The notes under the pieces: model-generated
The model's database searches: none
What the model was told of the DNA's origin: nothing
What the model saw: the letters and a program-made list of their open reading frames with translations, nothing else
Assembly: GCA_003650545.1 (NCBI GenBank)
Contig: QMQO01000011.1
Location: 1-36,139 of the forward strand
DNA from: Candidatus Woesearchaeota archaeon
GTDB taxonomy: Archaea; Nanobdellota; Nanobdellia; Woesearchaeales; B72-G16
DNA length: 36,139 nucleotides
Direction: 5' to 3'
Part shown: in pieces, positions 1 through 8,639 of the stretch
How the letters are laid out: each line of letters opens with the position of its first letter
Position numbering within the stretch: the first letter of the stretch is position 1
Program-made: the position numbers and the translations under genes

Positions 1-53
1 AAAAAGAATAGTGAGCCAAAATCACATAAGCACTTCTTAATAAGATTTTTCAT
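1..53 (-). CDS. Possible 5' end of a gene running off the left edge (MKNLIKKCLCDFGSLFF...)
   Basis: ATG (cat at 51-53) about 25 bp downstream of the RuBisCO stop, open to the window edge; too short to assign. Confidence 0.3.
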   Translation of the reverse strand, partial: MKNLIKKCLCDFGSLFF

Positions 54-77
54 GATGTTATGATGCTATATTAAAAA

Positions 78-1367
78 TCAACCCCTTCCCCATTTTTTTA
101 TTGCTTTATACAACTCAGGATACTTCTTCTTATAGACATCATATCCTTCTTTAGCATAATACGCTTCAACTGCTTGTCTTACAGCTTTTGCTCCTGCAAG
201 AGTTCCATCAGGATGCCCTGTTACACCTCCACCCATCTGAATAACTATGTTCTTACTCATTGTCCTTATAAGCTTTGGCACCATCCCTGGATGAAGACCA
301 CCACTAGCAACTGCCATCACAGGCTTTATGTTATACCACCTCTGTTCAAGAACATGCAATTTCGGATTTGCAAATATCTTCTTATACTCTATATCCTTTA
401 ATAAAGCCAGCTCTTCTTCCTTGCTACCATGCATTTTTCCAATTGCAGCTGTGCCAATATGTAACTGGTCTACTCCAATTAACCTGGCAGCATCAGCAAG
501 AACAGCCATGCTGATACCATGCTTCTCGTTTCTGGTTAAAGCAGCATGCCCAGCTCTATGAGCATGTATAAACTGCTTATCATTTCTCTCCCTCATAGTC
601 TGTAAACCCGCCCAACCTGCTGTTAGAATATCAATCATAATATATTCACCACCATTCATCTTAACATGAGCAGCTCTGCGGACCATTTCAATGGTCTCTG
701 CAGTTATGTTAGGCATGTAAATCTTTTTCTCACCAGTTTCTTTCTCAGCCCTATCACGCATCTTCAATGTCAGCTCTATTCTTTTCTTAAACTTATTAAA
801 TGACATGCTTGATAAATTTTCATCATCTTTCACTATGTCAAGTCCACCAACCCAGGCATTATATGCAATTTTTGCATGCTGTTTTTCATCCAAGCCTACT
901 TTCGGTTTCACAATTGTACCAAGCAATGGTCGTCTGTAGACCTTTGTAAGTTTTCTTATACCTTCTATCCCAAACCTTGGTCCTTTAAATTTATCTATTA
1001 TCACCTTTGGATAGCTGACATCTTCCAAACGTAAATTTTTCACAGATTTCATGCCAAACACATTACCACCAATACTAGAAAAAATTTGAGGCATGTTACC
1101 TGCTTCAAATAATTCATGCGGGTAAGCAATCTTAATGATGTTTTTCTTAGAATCCATATAAAAAATCGTTGGTCTCAACTTTTTAGCAATTTTAGGATTC
1201 ATTGTTTTGATTGTTGTCCATGTTCCTATGCTACTTTCTGCTGCAACATAAACAGCAGCTTTCCAGAACTGAACTCTATATGGTTCCATATAATATTCAA
1301 CAACAACATCATTCCTTGAAGGCTTATAATTCTTATCGATATAAGCGCGATTTGCATAAGCGGACAT
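78..1367 (-). CDS. rbcL: Ribulose-1,5-bisphosphate carboxylase, archaeal form III type
   Basis: 429 aa with AESSIGTWT, GGNVFG, KPKVG, carbamylation motif GLDIVKDDENL, HAHRAGH, DQLHIGT, loop-6 GKM, ASGGLHPG and GGG..GHPDG. GAGGTGA Shine-Dalgarno upstream. Confidence 0.95.
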   Translation of the reverse strand: MSAYANRAYIDKNYKPSRNDVVVEYYMEPYRVQFWKAAVYVAAESSIGTWTTIKTMNPKIAKKLRPTIFYMDSKKNIIKIAYPHELFEAGNMPQIFSSIGGNVFGMKSVKNLRLEDVSYPKVIIDKFKGPRFGIEGIRKLTKVYRRPLLGTIVKPKVGLDEKQHAKIAYNAWVGGLDIVKDDENLSSMSFNKFKKRIELTLKMRDRAEKETGEKKIYMPNITAETIEMVRRAAHVKMNGGEYIMIDILTAGWAGLQTMRERNDKQFIHAHRAGHAALTRNEKHGISMAVLADAARLIGVDQLHIGTAAIGKMHGSKEEELALLKDIEYKKIFANPKLHVLEQRWYNIKPVMAVASGGLHPGMVPKLIRTMSKNIVIQMGGGVTGHPDGTLAGAKAVRQAVEAYYAKEGYDVYKKKYPELYKAIKKWGRG

Positions 1368-1405
1368 TTCATCACCTCTTTACTACAAAAAAATATCTTT
1401 TTCTT

Positions 1406-1413
1406 TATATAAA
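1406..1413 (-). promoter_or_regulatory. Putative TATA box of rbcL
   Basis: TTTATATA on the minus strand preceded by an A-rich BRE-like stretch, about 40 bp upstream of the ATG. Confidence 0.5.
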
Positions 1414-1497
1414 TTTTGGATTCTGTACGGGTAAATCGCAATAAGATTTTGATAAATTTTGTTTATTGTTTATTTAGAATTATTAGAATAAAGTTCA

Positions 1498-1523
1498 GCA
1501 ACCCGCTCTTCGGAGCGGGTTGC
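1498..1523. repeat. Perfect 11-bp GC-rich hairpin with TTCG loop
   Basis: GCAACCCGCTC-TTCG-GAGCGGGTTGC within an otherwise very AT-rich intergenic region. Confidence 0.8.
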
Positions 1524-1553
1524 ATCATCTATCACATCTTTTTCCCAAGCAAA

Positions 1554-2246
1554 TTATTTATTACCAAAATAAAAATACTTCTCTATCGATACATCTTCTG
1601 AGCTAATGTCACCCACCTTAGGGTGAGGCATTTTTTTCTCTTTTGACTTTTGCTCTTTGGATTCTTTAGACTCATCAGGTTTTAATTCTTTTGATTCTTT
1701 TTCTGCAACTGTTTTTTCTTTTGGAACATTGTATTCAGCTTCTGGAGAATTTGTAGACTCAACTTTAATTACCTTACTCTTTAAAGCTGCAACATCATCG
1801 TTAAGCACATCAACCTTATCTTTTAGCGTTTTTATCTCCATCACAAGCTCATTGATAACTGCTTGTAGTTTTGTTTGTAATGTCTTAGCAAACTCATCTG
1901 GATCAAAACTTGTAGTAGCTTTTTCTTCTCTTCCTTCTTTGGCTAGTGTTTTAGCTGACTCAACATCGCCTAACTCTTCAACCTCTGCCATTATCGGTTC
2001 TTTTGCTGGTTCTGTAATATCTTCATTAGTTTGTTTTTTATTCTGTTTTATGGAATCGTCTTGCCAGTACTCTTGAATCTTTTCTTTATCAGCCTCAAGC
2101 ATCGCTGTCACCTCAGAAAGAGATTTGTCGCCTTTTTCAAGAATATCACGAGCCATCCTTGTTGCTGTCTCCAGATCATCAGCATGGCCTGTTTGAAGCA
2201 ATGATTTAGCCAAAGCATTTATCTTTTGAATCTGTTCAAAATCCAT
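1554..2246 (-). CDS. Hypothetical protein with coiled coil, charged linkers and an aromatic C-terminal motif
   Basis: 230-aa ORF, GGTG RBS, heptad segment LQAVINELVMEIKTLKDKVDVLNDDVAALK, ends HPKVGDISSEDVSIEKYFYFGNK. Confidence 0.8.
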   Translation of the reverse strand: MDFEQIQKINALAKSLLQTGHADDLETATRMARDILEKGDKSLSEVTAMLEADKEKIQEYWQDDSIKQNKKQTNEDITEPAKEPIMAEVEELGDVESAKTLAKEGREEKATTSFDPDEFAKTLQTKLQAVINELVMEIKTLKDKVDVLNDDVAALKSKVIKVESTNSPEAEYNVPKEKTVAEKESKELKPDESKESKEQKSKEKKMPHPKVGDISSEDVSIEKYFYFGNK

Positions 2247-2603
2247 TTTGTCACCGATTTTAAAGATTTGATATCAGAATAATATTGTTGTTTAAAAAGT
2301 TTTCTTATCTGGAGTGGATAGGACAGAGGATAAGTTGTTAAATGTTAGCGCTATCAGTTCACTGACTTGACTTCTAAAGATCTTCCTACTCTGTCATTCT
2401 CTGTAGTGATACTTGAAAAGAACAACAAGTATAATAAAAGAGTGAATTAAAATAGAAACAACAAAAACAACAGAAACATTTTTATATTCTAAAAATCATC
2501 TAGTAGTTTATAAAGTATAAGATTTTTGGACACCAAAATAATTAAAAGATTAAAATCAAGGTTGCATATTTGCCATATTAATCAAAAAAGGGGCGATAGT
2601 TAG

Positions 2604-3386
2604 ATGAAGAAATTAATATCAGTTATAATTTTTCTGTTATTTTTTCCTATGGTTATATCCTTATACAATTTCAATGACGCCAGATACCCAAAATTGTCTA
2701 CAACTACGTACTTTGAAAAGGTGAGTCTTTGTGGCACTAATTTCACATGCGGAATAGACGAAACAAAGATAGAAAACCCACTAATGCCAGGACAAAACTA
2801 TCAATACGATGTCTGTCCTGAAATTTATGCATGTGATGGCATATCGTGCGGCAATAAGCAAGTCTGCCTCCAGGACGATCCTGGCTGTTGTCCTATTAAT
2901 CAGTGGGTACCTGCTGGTGAAGATAACGTTGGTCCTCAGGTTCCAGCAAACTCTCCCATTAAGGTAGGGTATGATAAAAAAAATGACTCATGGTCTGAAT
3001 GCTGCGGCGATGACGATGACGAAGTTCTTGTTGAAAATGGTCCAGGCCCAACAAAATGCTGCAAAGACCACTACAAAGACATTCCAGAATGTGCAGGCAA
3101 AGATCGTTGCGCTGGCAAATTCCTTTGTATTGACATAAACGGAGATTGTGTGGTTGATGCAATTGATCCAGTCACATGCGCAACATCTTATAAGGAGATC
3201 TGTGGAGATGGTATTGACAATGATGGCGATGATGAAATTGACGAAGGTTGCGAAGCAAGCATCAAAGGGATGGTTTGGATTGACAGTGAAGACATAATCA
3301 CAACAAGACGCTTAATCACAAGAGAAGGTCCTGAAGGAAAGCTGAAACGTATAACAGCTATTATAGATGTGTTCAGACAATCGTAG
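2604..3386 (+). CDS. Secreted cysteine-rich protein with a MopE-like putative metal-binding motif
   Basis: Signal peptide MKKLISVIIFLLFFPMVIS, many Cys, EICGDGIDNDGDDEIDEGC motif. Confidence 0.75.
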   Translation: MKKLISVIIFLLFFPMVISLYNFNDARYPKLSTTTYFEKVSLCGTNFTCGIDETKIENPLMPGQNYQYDVCPEIYACDGISCGNKQVCLQDDPGCCPINQWVPAGEDNVGPQVPANSPIKVGYDKKNDSWSECCGDDDDEVLVENGPGPTKCCKDHYKDIPECAGKDRCAGKFLCIDINGDCVVDAIDPVTCATSYKEICGDGIDNDGDDEIDEGCEASIKGMVWIDSEDIITTRRLITREGPEGKLKRITAIIDVFRQS

Positions 3387-3474
3387 CAAAATAACCAAAG
3401 TTAAAGCCTTTATACACACCAACTATAACATAATCATAAAATCATATTTAAGATATAAATGACTAGACGCATAA

Positions 3475-3984
3475 TCATATTAGGTAAATAAAATCTTTTT
3501 CTTCTTCTTGTTTTTTGAATCTGTTAAACCTGCTTATCAAAGCATGCTCTAGGTGCTCGATCTTCCTTGGCTCAATCTTTTTCAATAGAGAAATTGCGAT
3601 TTTTGCCTTATCCTTAGCAACTCTCTTCAGCTCTGCAATCGCTTTTGTAACATCCTTAAAATTTTGCGCTGCTGTTAAACTGATAATTTTATCAAACATC
3701 TTATCTGGAAAAGGCAAATCCTCTGCATAAGCACATAAGAATGTCTTTGTATCATCGCCAGCATATTTCATTCTAGCAAGTTTAATCAGACCTTCGCTTG
3801 GATCAACACCATACACCCTACAGTTGAAGTCAGAGCTAATGCCTGTACCACAGCCAACATCTAACAAGACATCTGTTTCTTTAACATTTAGATATGCTTT
3901 AACTATTTCAAGCTTTTTCTTCTGTTCTTGCTCATACAATTCATCATAACTTGGTGCGATTGTATTGTAGAAGTTCATTTTCAA
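3475..3984 (-). CDS. Class I SAM-dependent methyltransferase (Methyltransf_11/UbiE-like fold)
   Basis: LLDVGCGTG motif I, YGVDPS motif II, AEDLPFPDKMFDKIIS; ATGA overlap with the protease stop. Confidence 0.9.
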   Translation of the reverse strand: MKMNFYNTIAPSYDELYEQEQKKKLEIVKAYLNVKETDVLLDVGCGTGISSDFNCRVYGVDPSEGLIKLARMKYAGDDTKTFLCAYAEDLPFPDKMFDKIISLTAAQNFKDVTKAIAELKRVAKDKAKIAISLLKKIEPRKIEHLEHALISRFNRFKKQEEEKDFIYLI

Positions 3985-6900
3985 CTTACCACTTTAAATT
4001 CCCAACACCTTTGGCCTAAATCGTATTCAATTAGTTCTCCAGTGCTGTACATTAATTCCACACAAACCCTATATCTGCCAGGTTCATTTATCCTTACATT
4101 TTCCTGGTTAAATATTTGGTCTAATTTAACTAAGCTATTTTCTGGTACAGTTATATCCCTATTGGAAATGACATTTAGGTAGTTTGTCCATTGTGCACCT
4201 TGTTGTTTTTGAATTTTTATGTTTATCTTTCCTGAAAACCTATTTGTTCCAAGATTTTCTATTTTTGATTGTGGTCTATGAGCATAAAAACCAGAATGTT
4301 GGTTATCGTGCTGGAATATTGGCCAGTCTAAAGTTTCAGATTTTCCAAGTTCCCACGCATACACATAACCATCGCTTGCAGTAGCAATGATATCCAGCTT
4401 ATTGTTATAATCTATGTCAGCGAAATTTACTGATTTTACACCAGGCCAACCCATGCCTCTATAATAAGGCATGGTGTATTTTGGAAATCCTTCCATCACC
4501 ATTCCGTTATCGTCTAATAAGAAAATAGAATTTCCTCCACAGAACAATCCACAATATCCATGATCACCGAGTGTCCCAAACAATATTTCTGACTTACCAT
4601 CATTATCAACATCAGCTGCAGCTAATGTTGAGGTAGAATATTGCCACCAAATACCCGCAGAATCTCTCACAGGATTGAACACGTCTGTTTTATAGGGCCA
4701 TCCATCTACCACGGTTCCATCATGATTAAGGACATAAACAAGCGGAGGACTGTTTTTACGCCAGTAAGAAGGAATCCACATTGGGGATAATGTTAGTACA
4801 ACTTCTTTATAAGGGTCATCATCAACATTTGCTATTAATATATTAGTAACTTCATTATAATTAATGATATTAGCTGGTGGCCAGCCTTCCATTAAGCTGC
4901 CATCATGGTGATAAGCTATCACTTCGTCTGACTTAGGAGCAAATATTATTTCTAAGTCGCCATCATTATCCAAATCTCCAATGACTGGCTGAGAAACTCC
5001 AAAGAAAGGACCCCATGAAGAAATAGATGTTTCATTTGACCACAATAATTGTGCTTTATTGTTAAGAACTAAAATTCCTTTTTTTCCATTATTATTAGAG
5101 TAAGTTGCAATAATCTCATTTAATCCGTCATAGTTGATGTCACCAATTGCAATTCCATAAATAATTGCATGTTCTATATCTTCTGGACCTTCAAAAAGAT
5201 AAGGCCAACCCTGCATAACTGTCCCATCACTATGAACCACAGTAACTAATGGTTTGTAGAAATAACCCATCACTATTTCCTGCCCAGGATAATCAGGATC
5301 AATGTCTCCAATGGATAAAATATTCAAAGAACAACCGCCTTCAGGAGGTTTATATTTATCAGATTTATAAGAAAGTCCTGGTAATGAATTTCCTGCGACA
5401 TCAAAACCATAAATCCCCCAACTACGTCCTAATGTCAAGATTTCATTTTTCCCGTCATTGTTGATATCGGATATTGCTGAAGGAATTTTGTAATTTGATA
5501 TTGTAAGACTTTTTGGCCAACCTTCTCTTATTGTCCCATCAGCGTGCATTAAAGAGAGTCTCCTACCTATTTTGTCACCTATCTGGACCAAATAATCAAG
5601 TATTATCTCTTTGCCTTGATAATCTTCATCAATATCTGCAATTGTAGCTTTCACATATGTTGCTGTTATTTTACTCTCTATTTTTTTAGGCCAACCTGGC
5701 TTAAGTGTTGAATCAATAGTTACAGTTATTTGTTCTGTACTAATCTTATCATCCTGATGAAACACCTTAAGTCTAATATCATATTCACCACTTTCAAGAT
5801 TCTGTGTATTCCATGTAGCAAACAAACCCTCTGATAAACCTGTCAGTGAAATTCCATCGGATGACCAAGACTCTAAACCACTTCTAGAAAATTCTATAAC
5901 ATAGCTATTATAATCTCTTCTAATATAACCTTCTATTTCCACATTTTTATAAGGACCAAAAATCGAGCCTTCTCTTGGACTTGTTATTTTAATGTTATCT
6001 ATCTCAATCATAGCTTTATCTTCTATGACTTTTCCAGTAGTTGTGGTAAGTGTAAGCTTGATTGTATGATAACCATCTGAAAACTGTGTTGTATCAAAAC
6101 TATCTATCAAAATATTATTTGATGGAAAAACATTTGAATCTTTTATTAATACCCAATCAGACGGATTTCTTCCTTCACCTATTTCAATGTTATATTTTTG
6201 AAAATTTTTGCTAGATAAAGTTCCTTTTATTTGAACTGTTTCACTTATTCTTGAAACAGGGATGTCTATAAATGCAAACAAAGAAGGATCTTCAATCTCA
6301 AATACAGACTCGACATCAATAAGACCATGCCCTTGTTTTATTGATAAATCTCCAATGTAATTTGCAGATCTCATCAGAGCATTTTTTATATCATTTGGAC
6401 TCCAGTCAGGATGCACGTCTTTAACTAAAGCTGCAACACCTGCAACATGCGGAGCTGCCATTGATGTTCCTGAAATTGCCATATGCTTGCTATCAACGCA
6501 CCGATGTACATCTGGTCTAGCAGGGTCAAAATAATTATCATCAATCCCAAATGCAGTATCCCATTGTGCAGCACAAATCTCAACCCCTGGTGCAACAACA
6601 TCGGGTTTTATCAAACTTAAGCCATCAATGTCCCAAACAGGGCCTGTTGAACTGAAGCAAGGTATTTGGTCTATTTGCGTGTCAGTATCTATGCAAGAGC
6701 TATAACTCAAAGTCTCAAAATTACTCTTATAAGTTGCTCCGACAGTTATTGCTTTTCTTGCTGTCCCGGGACTACATATTGTTTCTATATCCGGGCCTGA
6801 GTTTCCAGCTGCAACTACTACAACCACACCTGCATCAACTGCGTTATCAACAGCAGTGCTTTCAGGATCATCTGGGCCACATTCGTCACTAGGAAATCCC

Positions 6901-8639
6901 TTGCAATAAGATCCTAAACTCATACTTATGATGTCAACATGATCAGAAAAATCTCCATCTTGATTAGGGTCAACTGCTCTCTCAATCGCTGCAATTATTG
7001 CGTTCATATTGCCAGTTCCATAGGCATTTAATGTTTTATAAGCATATATCTTTGCTTGAGGTGCAACTCCTTTCAACGTACCTTGGCCAGCAGCTATTGC
7101 TGCACAATGAGTGCCATGTCCGTTATCATCCATAGGATCTGAGTCTCCATTCACAAAATCGTAACCGTCTACAACTTTACAACCAGCCCCCATACAACCA
7201 CCAAGATCAGGATGATGATAATCCACACCAGTATCAATTACTGCAATCGTAATGTCTTTTCCTGTATAACCAAGACTCCAGCTATAATCAGCATTAATGT
7301 GCGGAACAGAACCCATTAAAGTTGCCTTAACCTCTAAATTTGGATAAACATCTTTTACCTCTCTTAACTTTTTGATTTCCTTAGCCTCCTCTCTAGTTAT
7401 GTCAAGAGCTAAACCATTAAACACCTTTTCATATTCTCCAAAAACCACAAGGGTGTTTCCTTGTTCCGAAAGATCTGCAACAGCACTACCAGTCACTAAG
7501 GTTTCTACTTTAGCCTTCTTTAATTTTTTTCTTATTTTATCCTTTATCTTTTGCCTATCTGACATTATTTGTTTTTTTTGTTTAGCAAGTTTTTTTGGAA
7601 CATCCTCACTTGAAGTTGCAAATATCTTGTAAACATATTTAATAGGGTTATAATCACTCATCGCTTCTATCTTTTGCTCATTCTTTTCAGCCAGTTTTTT
7701 TAATGAGACTTCTTTTTTAAGTAACGGTTCTCTTTTAAGTTCTACAATATAACCTTTTGGAGGCTGGACCTCGGGCAATGTTTCACCCAAAATGGCTACA
7801 GCTTCTTGTCCAGTTTCTTCACCATAATACATTTCAGGTGCAATGATTGACTCTTTTTGAAAGTTTGGCGTTACAGTCAACTCTGACCAGTTCCCTAAAT
7901 TTAACTTGCCTGGCTTCTCATAGAAAGTACCGTTAACATTATCTTCAGTATTTTTGTCTGGAGGATCGGTTAGTTTAATCTGTTCGTCTATAGAATACCT
8001 GTCCTTTAATGTTGCTATGAATACTCTTAATCCAGCCCCAAAGCATCCATCCAATAGTTCAACATCACTAATTAGCTCAGGAGAACAAAGTTGGTAACAT
8101 CCATACTTCTGTGCAAACTCAACGTAACAACTATCACGAGTATAACTATCTTTTATAAAGGTACAACCCCAAACGTAATTCAAAACATTCTCACAAATAT
8201 CTGCTACATAAGGAGCTGCTAATGTCTCCCTTTTATAACAAGCATCTTTCTCAGATTCTGGAACCACAGATTCACAAGTCCTATGAACATAGTTATAATA
8301 AGTGCAATCCTGTGGACAGATAGAATAATCCTCGTCTAGATCACACCTCTCATTCCCACACCAAGCACAATACTTCTCAGCACAATTTTTATAACTCAAA
8401 TCTGTTATTAGCCAGCCAGCATCCTGACATTGCTTTACTGTTTTAATGCTGCATTCATTAGTATCGTTGCTTGCAACTGTTGCTGGATCAAACTTAGTAC
8501 AACAAATATGACAATCAGGGCATGATTTAATACAATCCTTCTCAGCACCAGTACAAGGAGGCATCTCTTTAAATTCAACACAACCTGTAACTAGTATAGC
8601 AATTACAACAACAATCGCAATTAAATATTTTATTCGCAT
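3981..8639 (-). CDS. Lipoprotein S8 (subtilisin-family) serine protease with I9-like propeptide, Ig-like domains and FG-GAP/VCBS-type repeats
   Basis: Lipobox LVTG-C; catalytic motifs AVIDTGVD, HGTHCA, AAGNSG, SGTSMAAPHVAG; propeptide EYEKVFNGLAL; repeated GWP... and [A/G]D[I/L/V]DxDGxxEI units; Cys-rich N-terminus. Confidence 0.93.
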   Translation of the reverse strand: MRIKYLIAIVVVIAILVTGCVEFKEMPPCTGAEKDCIKSCPDCHICCTKFDPATVASNDTNECSIKTVKQCQDAGWLITDLSYKNCAEKYCAWCGNERCDLDEDYSICPQDCTYYNYVHRTCESVVPESEKDACYKRETLAAPYVADICENVLNYVWGCTFIKDSYTRDSCYVEFAQKYGCYQLCSPELISDVELLDGCFGAGLRVFIATLKDRYSIDEQIKLTDPPDKNTEDNVNGTFYEKPGKLNLGNWSELTVTPNFQKESIIAPEMYYGEETGQEAVAILGETLPEVQPPKGYIVELKREPLLKKEVSLKKLAEKNEQKIEAMSDYNPIKYVYKIFATSSEDVPKKLAKQKKQIMSDRQKIKDKIRKKLKKAKVETLVTGSAVADLSEQGNTLVVFGEYEKVFNGLALDITREEAKEIKKLREVKDVYPNLEVKATLMGSVPHINADYSWSLGYTGKDITIAVIDTGVDYHHPDLGGCMGAGCKVVDGYDFVNGDSDPMDDNGHGTHCAAIAAGQGTLKGVAPQAKIYAYKTLNAYGTGNMNAIIAAIERAVDPNQDGDFSDHVDIISMSLGSYCKGFPSDECGPDDPESTAVDNAVDAGVVVVVAAGNSGPDIETICSPGTARKAITVGATYKSNFETLSYSSCIDTDTQIDQIPCFSSTGPVWDIDGLSLIKPDVVAPGVEICAAQWDTAFGIDDNYFDPARPDVHRCVDSKHMAISGTSMAAPHVAGVAALVKDVHPDWSPNDIKNALMRSANYIGDLSIKQGHGLIDVESVFEIEDPSLFAFIDIPVSRISETVQIKGTLSSKNFQKYNIEIGEGRNPSDWVLIKDSNVFPSNNILIDSFDTTQFSDGYHTIKLTLTTTTGKVIEDKAMIEIDNIKITSPREGSIFGPYKNVEIEGYIRRDYNSYVIEFSRSGLESWSSDGISLTGLSEGLFATWNTQNLESGEYDIRLKVFHQDDKISTEQITVTIDSTLKPGWPKKIESKITATYVKATIADIDEDYQGKEIILDYLVQIGDKIGRRLSLMHADGTIREGWPKSLTISNYKIPSAISDINNDGKNEILTLGRSWGIYGFDVAGNSLPGLSYKSDKYKPPEGGCSLNILSIGDIDPDYPGQEIVMGYFYKPLVTVVHSDGTVMQGWPYLFEGPEDIEHAIIYGIAIGDINYDGLNEIIATYSNNNGKKGILVLNNKAQLLWSNETSISSWGPFFGVSQPVIGDLDNDGDLEIIFAPKSDEVIAYHHDGSLMEGWPPANIINYNEVTNILIANVDDDPYKEVVLTLSPMWIPSYWRKNSPPLVYVLNHDGTVVDGWPYKTDVFNPVRDSAGIWWQYSTSTLAAADVDNDGKSEILFGTLGDHGYCGLFCGGNSIFLLDDNGMVMEGFPKYTMPYYRGMGWPGVKSVNFADIDYNNKLDIIATASDGYVYAWELGKSETLDWPIFQHDNQHSGFYAHRPQSKIENLGTNRFSGKINIKIQKQQGAQWTNYLNVISNRDITVPENSLVKLDQIFNQENVRINEPGRYRVCVELMYSTGELIEYDLGQRCWEFKVVS

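Noticed and set aside
78..1367. Calvin-cycle autotrophy or RuBisCO-like protein (form IV)
   Set aside because: No small subunit or phosphoribulokinase nearby, and the intact catalytic motifs argue against form IV.
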